A stretch of 64,000 bases of DNA, taken from positions 33,668,001 through 33,732,000 of the forward strand of contig NW_024704742.1 in NCBI RefSeq assembly GCF_018977255.1. The letters are read 5' to 3'. This DNA is from Callorhinchus milii (taxonomy: Eukaryota). The notes beneath the pieces were generated by a model, which searched no databases, was not told where the DNA came from, and saw only the letters and a program-made list of their open reading frames with translations. Position 1 is the first letter of the stretch, and each line of letters begins with the position of its first letter. Shown piece by piece: positions 48,301 through 58,190 of this stretch. The position numbers were made by a program, and so were the translations under genes.

Positions 48301-51300
48301 CTTTCGATCTCCCTGCTTCCCCCCATGTCCTCCACCATCCCCCAACCCGACCCCCAGCTCGGGTCCGTAACTCCGTCCAGCATCTTGGGACGTCCTCCCG
48401 ACGCGAAAGGTGCTGTACAAATGTAATTTTGTTGTTGTTGTTGTTAATGCCCAAACCAGCTGCGAGAAGGCTTGCATGAGTGGCTGGGGTTGATCTACAG
48501 CCCTTCCTCCTCCCTGTGGGAGTTCACTTGACAGTCGTTTGCCTCTGCCCACACTTTCATAAATTGAGATTGGAAACTTGCCATGTGAGGAAATGGGCAC
48601 AAAGCCACGCACACTATGGCACCGCACAGCACAGACACACCACTTGGCAATAAAGCATACAAAACTACTGCGAGACATTCTTCCTTTCAGAGGTCAGAAG
48701 TTCAGCCTTTGAATTACCCAGCTGAAACCTTTCGTGACTAAAAGATGACCAAATCTGGCATTTTTAACATGAATAGAGATGTTAGAAAAGTGTTTGGGTG
48801 CTATAATGTGGCTACTCAACCGAGACACCTCTTGGTACAGTATGTTTGTTTGACCTGAAACCACATGAGGATTTTGTGAAGACAACCCTTTTCTTTAGTA
48901 GTGCACTTTGTTAAAATAAATACACGCTATTGTAAAAGCACAAAGAGGCTACATGTGTGAAATTCAGAACAAACAATAAATGAAAGCAACATTTCTGTTA
49001 ACAGTAGAAATGATGGATTGCTCCAATTTAAGAGCTGAATAGTAAATTTGCACTCTGTTGTTTCATTATTGTTTGAATCTGATTTCACTCTTTCTCTGTG
49101 TCAACTGTAAGTATCTGATGCAAAATGCATCAGGCAGTCTCGACTTCATTGCTTGTGGCCTTGAGCACAAAACTGCTCATGATTGGCAGTCTCACCAAAA
49201 AAGTCACAGGATGGCTGAAGTAAGCACTAGAAATACACTGTATTACACTTATACTCTTGGGGGAAACAAAATATTTAGCTCATTCATTTGAGCTGGTAGG
49301 TTCTGTGTTTAAATCAACCGTTCACCCTTTTGAGGTTGATAAGATGAGTACAAATATCTTTAAAACAAATCTTCATTGGGGAGAGGGGAGGCAAAGTGGG
49401 GTCTCCCTGGAGCTGAACAAGATTTGAGAAGGTATGCCGGGGAAACCAGGCAGGTGCAGAGTAATCCAAAGCAGATTTAGAGATGTAGATATATCTTGAA
49501 TCCTGCAAGTAAAAGACCTATTGGGTAAAACAGTCCAATCTGGACAAGTACTGTGCTGCACAGTTATACATTTCAAGATTGGGATCAAGGCATGTTGTTT
49601 GGTAGAAAGGCAGAAGCTTTACTCTGTATTTCGCCCCCAACAAAAAATACAGTCACACCACTTTCCAGTCAATCCTGTGAAGTGCTTTGAGACACCATCT
49701 CGACATGAAAGGTACTATATCAAATGTAATTATTAGAATTATTTAACCAATGTTTGATGCAGATTCGAAAACCTGCTGAACACGCTGGTTCAGTCAGGAA
49801 CCTTTTCTCCATGGTTGGATTGAAGCACCCATTTCACATTCATTTATTTAATGATTTATTTTTAATTATTTAATAATTTTATGTATTTATTATTTATTTA
49901 ACAGTCAATCCACTTTACTGTATATCTTGTGAAGAGCTTTGAGATGTCTCAACGATGTGATAAACTGCTATATCGAATGCAATATTGTTATTATTATTGG
50001 TCGCACAAAATCTTCATAGTATTATTCCAAAAATATTTTCTCTATCACATACTGACGTCAGTGATCAGACTATATTCCTTTTGGTAAATTTTCATTTTAA
50101 AAAAAGAATAAACTGCAAAAATGTAACATTGAAAGAGATTCTCACAAGTACTAGCAGTGCCAGTGCAAATTTTAAATGTTTTATAACTTCATTCCCTCTA
50201 GGTGGAACGAGATAGTAGCTTTCACAATTCTGAGGAAGCAGCATTCACTGTGAAACTTATCCAGTCCCTGATAGCTAGTGGGATTGAAGGATCTATGATT
50301 GGGGTGATAACACTGTACAAATCTCAGATGCATAAGGTAAGAAATGTCATTTTTTTGTTTTGTGTTTGTACTGTAGAAAACTACAGCATTTGAATTGTTC
50401 CTCTATTGTCTTGTCCTGTGTGAGGACACATCAGGTTGGGTTTATAGACCCCATTAAAAAATAATTGAGCACTTGCCTATACTCTATGCAAACGGCGGCG
50501 GGGGTGAGGGTGGAAAGAAAATAACTCCTCAGAGATGATCCTACTTTAATGTGTACTGAAGATCAACTATATACAAAGATCAACGACTATCGTATTCTGG
50601 GTGGATAATCTTTCTCATATCCTATTAACTCCATTTATTAAAATGGGTTTTGTGCATACTATAATTTTTTAGTTTTTGTTTCTACTGTCAATCTCTTATT
50701 GCAGCAGTCAAAAGGTTAAGCAAAGTGCTCATGTGTTCATTCTGACCCTTACATTCTGATTTTCAGGATATGGTTATAATAAGGCTACAAAGGTTTGGTT
50801 TGAAGTCAAAATGTAACTAGCTTTGTTAATCATATGTACCTGTGTGTATGTGTGTGTGTTTATATATATATTTACTAAAAATGCAGTCAAGTATTACAAT
50901 AATTGTCATTGACCTTAAAACCTTCACACTCACTCACAAGTTCCAATAAACACCACTTGTTTCAGCAGTTTAATTTCCAATTCTTGTTTTATACACACAG
51001 TTGTGTGCATTACTCAACAATTCTGCAGATTGTGAGCCGGCTGAGATGAAAGCTATTCAGGTATCAACAGTGGATGCTTTTCAGGGAGCGGAGAAGGAGA
51101 TTATTGTCTTGTCCTGTGTAAGGACACATCAGGTTGGGTTTATAGACTCCGAGAAGCGTATGAACGTTGCACTTACTAGAGGGAAGAGACACTTGCAGAT
51201 AGTGGGCAACCTGAACTGCCTTAGGAGCAACAAACTATGGGAAAGAGTTATTCATCACTGTGAAGGTAAGCGGTTTCATAGACACAGATATATTGTGGGT

Positions 51301-54300
51301 TTTGCAAACTAGTTTTATGCTTTTTAATCCTCCCCCCATCCATTTTTTTTCTATAATGTTTCAATTCAACTGCTTGTAGTTGGCATTAGTGATGACATGA
51401 GTGTATGCAGCTTTCTTCAGTCCTTGCACTGACAAGATTCACTTAGTGCAGATTACCAATAGGGACTTTATTGTACAACATCAACATTGCACACTTATAC
51501 ACATACTTCTACGCCTACCCTCACTGCCCTCCACCTGATCCGAATCCCCAGCTTAGGTCCAAATCCTTGATTGTCCAGCACCTTGCGACATCCTCCTAAT
51601 GTGAAAGGTGCTATGGAATGTAGTTACCTAGGAACATGGGAACAGGAGTAGCCCATTTAACCCCTCAAGCTTGTTCCGTCATTCTATAAGATCACGGCTG
51701 ATCTGTACCTCAATTCCAATTACCCGCCCTTGCCCCATATCCCTTAATACCCTGACCTAACAAATACCTATACACCTCAGTCTCGAAAATCTGAATGAAA
51801 GTTGTTGTTATACAACATCTTTCATGTTGATTGAAACCTCAACCTAAGGCGTAAGGTTAGGTCTTCAGGTAGGATTTGAAAACCGAGAGAGGAGGGAAGG
51901 TGAAGGGATTACGAAGCTTAAAAGAAGAGTTGTCTTGTCATTTCCTTTTTATTAGGATAAATATCTTTAGATTACGTTATTTTAAAATGCTTTATAGCTG
52001 GTTAAAATCTACTTCTGGTCTGAGATGTCATTTGGATTCACTTTACCATTTGTTTGGAACGCTGACCTTAACCTCTGGAGATGATGTATTATATCTCAGC
52101 TCAGCCGCACGTAATGGTTGCATACTGGTACTTTTAAAAGCGCTTTCATTAAATGATGCTTTCAAAGAAAGTGTTAAGGATTCAGATCTGGTCTGTAACG
52201 AGTATACTAAGATTAGTAAAATGAACATTTTTTCCCAGTGAAAGAAAATGGCTTGAAGCATGCATACCAATGCGAGCAGGAGCTGGACATGATCTTAAAA
52301 TCCTATGGTGACAAGAGGATTGATGAGAAGACCCGAAGAGGACAGAAAAAATTGAAATCTAGAAGCAAATCTCGAGAGCACATTGAAGTCAGTATTTTAT
52401 TATGGATACTTGTCTTTGTTTTGATGAATTAACTAGTTATTTAATTCATTTAGGAAACCTGTGTCCCTCAAGTGCACTTTATTGGGTTTTGCATTCAGAA
52501 AAACATTGATCTTTGATCCTTGGTGCTCTTCAAGCTCCAGACCTGCGGTATCAATTTGCTGAGTTGACACTGCAATGATGTTCGGCACAACGATGGGGAA
52601 AGGTGTTCTTGAGCTTCGGGTGATGCATGCCAGCTTAAACATTTAATATGAATTTCAAGCATCAGACTGCATTCAGACTTTTCATTTCATTTTTCATTTC
52701 TGTTAACAACAACTTCAGCAACAACTTATATTTATATATCACCCCTCACGCAGGGTAGCGTCCCAGAGCGCTCGAGTGCTTGTTCATGGGGATAAAAGAA
52801 AGCTTGCATTTCAAAGTGCCTTATCTCATTGCTTTGAATTATATCCTGTGAAGGGCTTTGATTTGTCCTTCTGATGTGAAAGAGACGTCGAGAAGACGTG
52901 AAAAGCGCTATATCAAATGCAAGAATTATTATTATTACCAAATGCAAGGATTATTATTATTATCAAAGTCTCAAAGAAGCCACTCTACAGTAATTCCTGT
53001 CCAGTGTGGTGCTGACTGCTTTTGTAGCCAAATAGGAAACTGCTGACTGTTCCACTCTACTTTTCATCATTAGATTGTTTTCCAATTGGAGCCAGTGAAT
53101 AGAACTCTGGGCAATGATGACCTGGGAGTAATATGAAAACAGGAGAAGAAAGTAACTGGATGTTGCAGACAGCACCACAGTAGAGCATTTAATAATAAAA
53201 ATAATTTGATATAGTGCTTTTCACATTGGAAGGACACGCCAATGTACTTCACAGGATTTACTGTGAATTTTAATGACTGTATTTGTAGACAAGGTTTTCG
53301 CCATAATGTAGTTTCATAGCTTTTACACACATCCCCTCTTCTGTAAGTTGCACCTGTTGGTAATGAAATGAAATTGGAAAGTATAGTGGCTGAGTGAATA
53401 TATTTTTTAATTTGCACTGATTAAAAAAAAAGATGCTGTACCAATTGAGCAAGTTTGGATGCAGGACTTAGTTTTACAAGGTTTATAAGATGTCTTTGTA
53501 CAGTACAGTAATATGTACAATACACATAATATGTATTGAAAATGTCTTTTGTACAGTACAGTAATATGTACAATACACAATGATTGACACTTTGAAAATA
53601 ACTGCAGTACTTGTGTATTCCTGCTAGTGGCGCTGCAGGCTCTTACAAGGCTCTTACCCAGAGGTGAAGTAAATAAATGGATTTGGTCCAGGAGACCCTT
53701 GAATATTTACTCCAATCCCTTTATGTCAGCTGATGTAATGTTACATGTCAAGTAAATCGAATTGTAGTCCAGCTAAGAGTCCAACACACCAAGACACTTA
53801 GAAATAGTTACTTTTAGATTATATGTGGAGTCCTGTAGCTTAGTGGTTAGAGCGCTCGCTTCGCAAGTGAGAGGACCTGGGCTTGATTCCCGGGCAGGGC
53901 GAAACCTAAGGCAAGTTCCTTACTCCACAAGGCTATGTTTACCGAGCAGTAAATCGGCATCCGGTTGTTAGGTTAGGGTATTAAGGGATAGATTGCAAGG
54001 GCTTGAGGTACACAGCCATGATCTTAAAGATTGGGGAACAAGCTTGAGTGACTGAATGGCCTACTCCTGTTTCTATGTTTCTAGGTTGTTAGTTGATTGA
54101 CGGATTGCTTTTCCGGAGGGTAATAAACATTTTTTTTAAAAATAATAAATTTTGGTTACTCATTCCATGATTGATTGTGAGACACTGCTGTGCACAATTG
54201 GTGGCCATGTTTAGCCACAAGAAATACAGTCAATTCACTTTACAGTATATTCTGTGAAGCGCTTTCACATGTCTCGAAGATGTTATAAACCGCTATATCG

Positions 54301-56060
54301 AATGCAAGGATTATTATTATTATCTGCAAGAAATTACAATGCATCTGTTTATTCATAGTGTCATTATTCATAACATCATTACTATGAAGTAATCAGTTGT
54401 TAAGATTAGGTGAAATCGAATGTCTGTTTCAGTAAGATATCTTTTCCACTTTACAGGATGTTAAAAGCACAGAGAATGCTGAAGAAAGTACAGCACCTGA
54501 GGTGCAGCATCATGGATATTGCCCAATAACGGAGGTTGCTGCAGAGTAAGAAAAAAAATCCTCTAATTGTCTCCCTTCATCTAAACTATTGATTTGAGTT
54601 CAGCTCCATAATCCTTCACTGTGGTATTGTTTTAATACCTCACCCAAAGGACCATTATTCATGTGCAAGTTTTGACGATGAGTGTGAGCAGGTTATTCAA
54701 TGGAAAACATCATAGAGGAGTCATGTCCTCACCCGACATCCAACCTATGTAATATTTGTTTGAGTGTTAATCCAGACAAAATGTCACCCTGGTCACCGCT
54801 GGATCACCTGATGCACCACGAGTGGCTCCAGGATGGAGATGGGAAGAGTCAAATTGCGATTGATTGACAGTTGGAGCCACTTGTGAATGGGTGAAGTTCC
54901 CATCCATTCATAAGGGGCTTTAGGCTGTCGATCACCTCAGAACCACTGCTAACTGAACCGCTTCCCACTCAGTGAGAGGGAGGCACCTCGCTGCTGCTGC
55001 TCTGCTGGGTGGAAAGAGGTAAGGGAACTTTGGTTAAGCTTGGACCCCGATTAAGCCGGACAAACCACTCAGCCCCGGTGTGTCTGGTTTAAGCGGCTTC
55101 CACTGTATTCGGTTCTTCTCTTCAGGCTAGTATTGGCATCAGGTGTATCTACCAAAGTGACATTCTATGTTGAAGTTTCTTTATAGCTACATCTCCACTA
55201 CTCTCACACATTCTTGGCTTAACAGAGCTTTCTTACTAAAGTCCTTTCCAAGGACTTTTCTAATGCGTTATCGTGACTCAGTTGGTAGCACTCCTACCTC
55301 TGAAACAGAAGTTGTGGTTTGAAGCCCCATATCAGATTCTGAGCTTGCAGTCTAGACTGATACGTCAATGCAGTGCTGGAGCAGTATTACATTATCAGAG
55401 GTGCTATCCTTCGGATTAGATATTAAACCTAGGTTACATCTAACTGTTCAGCTGGATGTTAAAGACCCCATTGCACTCTTCAAAAAGAGAAGGGAGTTTC
55501 TCCCAGTGTCCTGTCAAAATTTGCTGCTGCATCCACCCACACTTTACAGTAAATTCTGTGAAGCTCTTTGAGATGTTTTGACAATGTCATAAGGCACTAT
55601 TTCAAATGCAAGGATTATTATGACTAGAAGAATACTTTGGATGATAATCTTATGAAATCTTTGTGACCAAATTCACTGACCATCTGTAAGAGCAATGGTG
55701 ATTTTCAACTTTTGGTTTACATGAATGTACCGAAGAGAACGTCCTTTGCCTTCAAAAACATGAAATTAAGTACAAAAACAGATTAAATTTAAACTTATTG
55801 TATATTACTTTAGGAGAGAAGAGCAGCCGGGCACTGGAAGTCCACAACAGGAATTCTGTGCTGAATGGCAGGACAAAAAGAGCTGGAACAAAGACCCCAG
55901 GACTGCTCCCTCACCTTGTAGTTGGTCTGAGAACAAAACAGTGCTTGATATTGAGACACAGGATGGAATAATAGACATTAATCAAATGGAGGAGCCAGAA
56001 GTTATGGACGAAATGTGGGAAAATGATGCAGATGACTTGTTACCTCCTTTCCCACTATAG
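12351..56060 (+). CDS. ZGRF1: Zinc finger GRF-type containing 1 (DNA repair SF1B helicase); 30 coding exons, 6117 nt, ~2038 aa
   Basis: N-terminus [23 protein letters not shown] finger [26 protein letters not shown]...CKFFKW. Helicase motifs [59 protein letters not shown]. All junctions are GT-AG with matching phases. Confidence 0.96.
12775..12855 (+). CDS. ZGRF1: ZGRF1 coding exon 2
   Basis: [27 protein letters not shown]. Confidence 0.95.
13724..13783 (+). CDS. ZGRF1: ZGRF1 coding exon 3
   Basis: [20 protein letters not shown]. Confidence 0.92.
14135..15261 (+). mobile_element. L2 LINE, 5'-truncated, relatively young
   Basis: [28 protein letters not shown]; tail GGGACGTCCTCCCGACGTGAAAGGCGCT and (TTG)n. 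Confidence 0.93.
15678..15863 (+). CDS. ZGRF1: ZGRF1 coding exon 4
   Basis: [18 protein letters not shown]...GLKRKYT. Confidence 0.94.
15994..17557 (+). CDS. ZGRF1: ZGRF1 coding exon 5 (large, Ser/Glu-rich)
   Basis: GFQGPR...[10 protein letters not shown]...[15 protein letters not shown]; 1564 nt open; donor GAG|GTAAGA. Confidence 0.93.
18190..18269 (+). CDS. ZGRF1: ZGRF1 coding exon 6
   Basis: Open frame, phase 1 to 0; tttcccag / GTACAG. Confidence 0.7.
18590..18775 (+). repeat. Old dispersed SINE-like family C fragment
   Basis: CACACATGAATAATGGCCAC motif; reverse-oriented relatives at ~21980, ~39478 and ~54650. Confidence 0.5.
19063..19435 (+). mobile_element. Family A SINE, full-length
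   Basis: Head GGAGTCCTGTAGCTTAGTGG through tail. Confidence 0.9.
20410..20426 (-). promoter_or_regulatory. Candidate CTCF site
   Basis: TGACCAGCAGAGGGCTC, one mismatch to CCASYAGRKGGCRS, in non-repetitive intron sequence. Confidence 0.35.
20905..21440 (-). mobile_element. Family B SINE with a nested plus-strand L2 tail (~21170-21272)
   Basis: Reverse complement of the family B head (GGGCTTGAACCCACAACCTTC) and Deu body. Confidence 0.72.
21558..21650 (+). CDS. ZGRF1: ZGRF1 coding exon 7
   Basis: [18 protein letters not shown]...RPPK; phase 0 to 0, so it could be skipped. Confidence 0.65.
22204..22460 (+). mobile_element. Family A SINE, 3'-truncated, with intact Pol III boxes
   Basis: A box TAGCTCAGTGG, B box GGTTCGATTCC. 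Confidence 0.88.
22987..23172 (+). CDS. ZGRF1: ZGRF1 coding exon 8
   Basis: [20 protein letters not shown], a ZGRF1-type conserved block. Confidence 0.9.
23264..23363 (+). CDS. ZGRF1: ZGRF1 coding exon 9
   Basis: LSEPIVPP...WDEDDH; phase 0 to 1; donor GTACGT. Confidence 0.7.
23518..23548 (+). repeat. Short interstitial telomere-like array
   Basis: CCCTAA CTCTAA CCCTAA CCCTAA CTCTAA. Confidence 0.85.
23735..23880. mobile_element. hAT-like MITE (146 bp)
   Basis: TIRs CAGTGGTGGCC / GGCCACCATTG; degenerate 8-bp flanks TACTATTC / CGCTATAA. Confidence 0.65.
24176..24276 (+). CDS. ZGRF1: ZGRF1 coding exon 10
   Basis: [11 protein letters not shown]...QWPSWDSHK; phase 1 to 0. Confidence 0.72.
25147..25297 (+). 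CDS. ZGRF1: ZGRF1 coding exon 11
   Basis: VNSPVQQ...SGPLF; phase 0 to 1; donor GTATGT. Confidence 0.75.
25716..26338 (+). CDS. ZGRF1: ZGRF1 coding exon 12
   Basis: Contains SKWLKYEN; 623 nt open; phase 1 to 0. Confidence 0.9.
26467..26660 (+). repeat. Palindromic dispersed repeat, copy C (outer left arm)
   Basis: TAAGAGTATCCAAACC and CTCTCTCCCTGGAGGG...TACCTAACTCCAGAAAGTA shared with copies A and B. Confidence 0.65.
27177..27315 (+). CDS. ZGRF1: ZGRF1 coding exon 13
   Basis: ELSFP...[26 protein letters not shown]. Confidence 0.92.
28013..28197 (+). CDS. ZGRF1: ZGRF1 coding exon 14 (GRF finger, first half)
   Basis: EHLNILL...[21 protein letters not shown]. Confidence 0.95.
28557..28756 (+). 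CDS. ZGRF1: ZGRF1 coding exon 15 (GRF finger, second half)
   Basis: [20 protein letters not shown]. Confidence 0.95.
28950..29680 (+). mobile_element. L2 3' fragment
   Basis: NIARLRHCL...RLDYTN; L2 tail. Confidence 0.9.
30180..30942 (+). mobile_element. L2 3' fragment
   Basis: [20 protein letters not shown]; tail. Confidence 0.9.
31015..31160 (+). CDS. ZGRF1: ZGRF1 coding exon 16
   Basis: [17 protein letters not shown]; phase 2 to 1. Confidence 0.9.
31163..31280 (-). mobile_element. Family A SINE 3' end abutting the exon 16 donor
   Basis: (TAA)n-TCCTTGCATTTGATATAGCGCT. Confidence 0.88.
31340..31905 (+). mobile_element. L2 3' fragment
   Basis: [27 protein letters not shown]; tail. Confidence 0.9.
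32124..32270 (+). CDS. ZGRF1: ZGRF1 coding exon 17
   Basis: [28 protein letters not shown]. Confidence 0.95.
32820..33300 (-). mobile_element. Old L2 3' fragment
   Basis: Degenerate reverse complement of the L2 3' region. Confidence 0.6.
33597..33711 (+). CDS. ZGRF1: ZGRF1 coding exon 18
   Basis: [38 protein letters not shown]. Confidence 0.93.
34141..34530 (+). repeat. Palindromic dispersed repeat, copy A (left arm + centre)
   Basis: Homologous to 26467-26660 (+) and to the reverse complement of 37040-37413. Confidence 0.7.
35652..35896 (+). CDS. ZGRF1: ZGRF1 coding exon 19 (Q motif)
   Basis: [13 protein letters not shown]...PITVIHG. Confidence 0.94.
36644..36803 (+). CDS. ZGRF1: ZGRF1 coding exon 20 (Walker A, motif Ia)
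   Basis: GVYGAGKS...[13 protein letters not shown]. Confidence 0.96.
36944..37413. repeat. Palindromic dispersed repeat, copy B (centre + right arm)
   Basis: Internal imperfect inverted repeat 36944-36978 / 37039-37075; ends TGACCCC. Confidence 0.7.
37600..37677 (+). CDS. ZGRF1: ZGRF1 coding exon 21
   Basis: [25 protein letters not shown]. Confidence 0.95.
37826..38153. repeat. Perfect 56-bp inverted repeat with a 216-bp spacer
   Basis: 37826-37881 is the exact reverse complement of 38098-38153. Confidence 0.95.
38415..38556 (+). CDS. ZGRF1: ZGRF1 coding exon 22
   Basis: [24 protein letters not shown]...KSIEQHKLG. Confidence 0.94.
38990..39262 (+). mobile_element. L2 3' end with a tandemly repeated 3'UTR unit
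   Basis: CTCCTCGCTCCCTCCCTTCCCTCC...TGACCATTTCCCC occurs three times, then the L2 tail. Confidence 0.88.
39634..43075 (-). mobile_element. Near full-length L2 LINE (APE endonuclease + RT), disrupted
   Basis: [32 protein letters not shown] (APE); [20 protein letters not shown] (RT); frameshifts, internal RT deletion, nested SINE; (AAC)n tail. Confidence 0.94.
40621..40785 (-). mobile_element. SINE 3' half nested in the L2 RT region
   Basis: Interrupts the L2 sequence GGTGACGTCAT / CCGCAGACATG just before the YADD-equivalent. Confidence 0.88.
43387..43514 (+). CDS. ZGRF1: ZGRF1 coding exon 23 (Walker B)
   Basis: [11 protein letters not shown]...[12 protein letters not shown]. Confidence 0.96.
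43908..44031 (+). CDS. ZGRF1: ZGRF1 coding exon 24 (motif III)
   Basis: [14 protein letters not shown]...LEQTLFDRM. Confidence 0.96.
44939..45115 (+). CDS. ZGRF1: ZGRF1 coding exon 25
   Basis: [26 protein letters not shown]. Confidence 0.96.
46985..47620 (-). mobile_element. Old L2 3' fragment
   Basis: Degenerate tail and ORF2 end. Confidence 0.6.
50202..50336 (+). CDS. ZGRF1: ZGRF1 coding exon 26
   Basis: SFHNSEEA...[10 protein letters not shown]. Confidence 0.95.
51001..51265 (+). CDS. ZGRF1: ZGRF1 coding exon 27 (motifs V, VI)
   Basis: [22 protein letters not shown]...[10 protein letters not shown]. Confidence 0.96.
51628..51790 (-). mobile_element. CR1 3' end inserted into an L2 tail
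   Basis: Reverse complement matches the insert at 53972-54083; ends CTACTCCTGTTCCCATGTTCCTAG. Confidence 0.75.
52239..52387 (+). CDS. ZGRF1: ZGRF1 coding exon 28
   Basis: [22 protein letters not shown]...; donor GAA|GTCAGT. Confidence 0.85.
53827..54322 (+). mobile_element. Family A SINE, full-length, with a nested CR1 3' end (53972-54083)
   Basis: Head, body and tail present; insert flanked by GGTTGTTAG direct repeats. Confidence 0.88.
54457..54545 (+). CDS. ZGRF1: ZGRF1 coding exon 29 (predicted C-terminal extension)
   Basis: Acceptor cttttccactttacag, donor GA|GTAAGA; open frame, phase 0 to 2. Confidence 0.7.
55045..55107. mobile_element. Tc1/mariner (Tigger/pogo-like) terminal fragment
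   Basis: Ends TTAAGCGGCTTCCACTG|TA with an internal TTAAGCCGGACA...TGTCTGGTTTAA hairpin; no partner TIR seen. Confidence 0.5.
55273..55622 (+). mobile_element. Family B SINE
   Basis: GTGACTCAGTTGGTAGCACTC head; tail CAAATGCAAGGATTATTAT. Confidence 0.78.
55814..56060 (+). CDS. ZGRF1: ZGRF1 coding exon 30 (predicted terminal exon)
   Basis: Acceptor ttactttag; 81 open codons in the required phase, ending [23 protein letters not shown] follows. Confidence 0.72.
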
Positions 56061-56136
56061 ATAGCACTTTTAAAACATTGTCTATCCAGATTGTATTCTT
56101 TTTACATATTTCCTGATGCAATAATATAATGGTAAT

Positions 56137-56142
56137 AATAAA
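56137..56142 (+). terminator. Candidate ZGRF1 polyadenylation signal
   Basis: First AATAAA after the predicted stop; others at ~56781, ~56854 and ~57488. Confidence 0.5.
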
Positions 56143-57004
56143 TAGTTGTATTTAATATATTTCATTTTAATGGCTACATTATATAAATTGATAACTGCAG
56201 TCCCACTTTTGTCAAAAAAAATGTTTAGTTAAATCTTCTCAAATAATTGTAAGTGGTTCCCCAAGCTCCTCCAGCCCACCCCTTGTCTATTGGCTCCGCA
56301 CAGTGCTCTTAGTTGACTGAATTGCATAGCTGTCTGACTGCTACAGATTCTACAGCATAACCAGGTAGGTGTGAAGCACCGTGTCCGACCATATGTGTTT
56401 TGTGACAGTGTTGATTATTTTATTTTTGAAAGAGGAGTATGGTTTTTGGGGAAGTCAGAGTAATAATCAAGAGCTGTCACACAGGTCAAGGGCAGCATAG
56501 GTCAGATCCAGAGTAAGGCTTCCACTACTTTGCTGCAAAAGGTGAGACCGCTCTTATTTTTCATCCCATTGTTTTGCATTTTGTTTGAACCCATGGTTGA
56601 AGAGGTGAAAATACAATCTACTTGCTACTGCTGTTTTAATCAGTCATGTGGCTCCCCAATTACTACAGTCACCAAGAATTGATGAGCAATTTTATATATG
56701 GCAATTGTTCACTTCAGATTATTACATTTTGGAGAAATAATGATCGTTTGCTTCCCTTCTTCTTCCCAGGTAATGAAAACAATAAATGAAGCTGTTTAAA
56801 TCTCATAGAAACATTGTCTTATCTGTCAAGGAAATTGTATTAACTTACTTTGTAATAAACCTGATTGATGGATCCTGACAACAAATTAAATTATACAGCT
56901 GTGGTACCAATGTTATTGCCAAATCATATGAAATGTACATATAAAAAATGTTAAATGTGTTCTGATAGCCAACTACTTTAATTCAGTTGATTTCTAAAAG
57001 TCAG

Positions 57005-57372
57005 CTTGTCTTGGTTGGTAGCATTGTCATCTTTATGTCAGAAAGTCATGGATCGAAGCCCCACATAAGGAGCTAACACTCCAGGCAATACTAGAGAAGT
57101 GCTGCTTTTTCAGAACTGCTGTTCTTTGGATGCTTGTTCAGGTGAACGTTAAAGATCCCATGATACCATTTTTTTTTAAAAAGTGTGTTGTCCTGGTCAA
57201 TTCTCATAAATTAGTCATCATTCACTTTATGTCTGTTAGTAGACCCCTGTGTGCAAATTGGTTGCTATGATTGCCTATAAATACACAGTCACTACACTTG
57301 ACGGAATTTGGCTGTGAAGCGCTTTGAGATGATTTGATGTTAAAGGAGCCATATCAGATGAAAGGATTATAC
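57005..57372 (+). mobile_element. Family B SINE, degenerate
   Basis: Head and Deu tail recognisable. Confidence 0.68.
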
Positions 57373-57935
57373 TAAACAGAAATACTTTTGTGTTGTAAAT
57401 GACTTCCAGTAAACAAGGTAATATACACCATCTTTCATTGCTACTTGAAATGTATGTACTTTGGAAAAATATGTAAGTGATTCTTTTAATAAATTTAATA
57501 TATATTTCTCTTAGATTGTGTGATTTATAAATTATTCAAAGAAATGTCCAATTACCGCTCTTTGTGCAGAGTCCTTGAAGTGGACCATCCTCAGTTAGCA
57601 ATTTGAAATCCACCTACAATAGATAACATTTAGTCTATAGAAGTATTCCATGTCTGTGTTCACGTAGTGAAAGTTAAGACTAGGAAAGTTCCAAGTTTGA
57701 TCTATTCCTGTGTTCCTAACCCGGGAACTACAACAACAACAAATTACATTTGTAAAGCGCATTTCACGTCGGGTGGACGTCCCATGGGAACTGCCACTGA
57801 AATGATGGCCCTTCAACGCCAGACATGGGCTGACTTTCGGTGCAACCCTCATGCCAAAGTAGGGGAGGGAGGGGCGGGGATGATGGAGAGGAGTTTGTAG
57901 ACTCAGCATCCCTGAAGAATTGGAGGAGAATCACG

Positions 57936-58190
57936 AATAATAATAATAATCCTTGGATTTGATATAGCGCTTTTCACTTCTTCTAGACGTCTCAAAGCGC
58001 TTCACAGAATATGCTGTAAAGTGAATTGACCGTATATTTGTGGGCGAAACGCGACAGCCAATTGCGCACAGCAGTGTCCCACAAACAGTCATGGATTGAA
58101 AATGACCAATTTATTATTGTTTTGTTTTGGAGGGATTATTATTAGGTGTGTGGAGTAAGGAAACTTGCCCAAGGTTTCGCCCTGCCTGTT
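57936..58190 (-). mobile_element. Family A SINE, 5'-truncated
   Basis: Body and tail match. Confidence 0.88.

Noticed and set aside
53968..53980. GTTAGGTTAGGG telomere-like junction
   Set aside because: Explained by the CR1 sequence itself (the sister copy reads GTTAGGTCAGGG)
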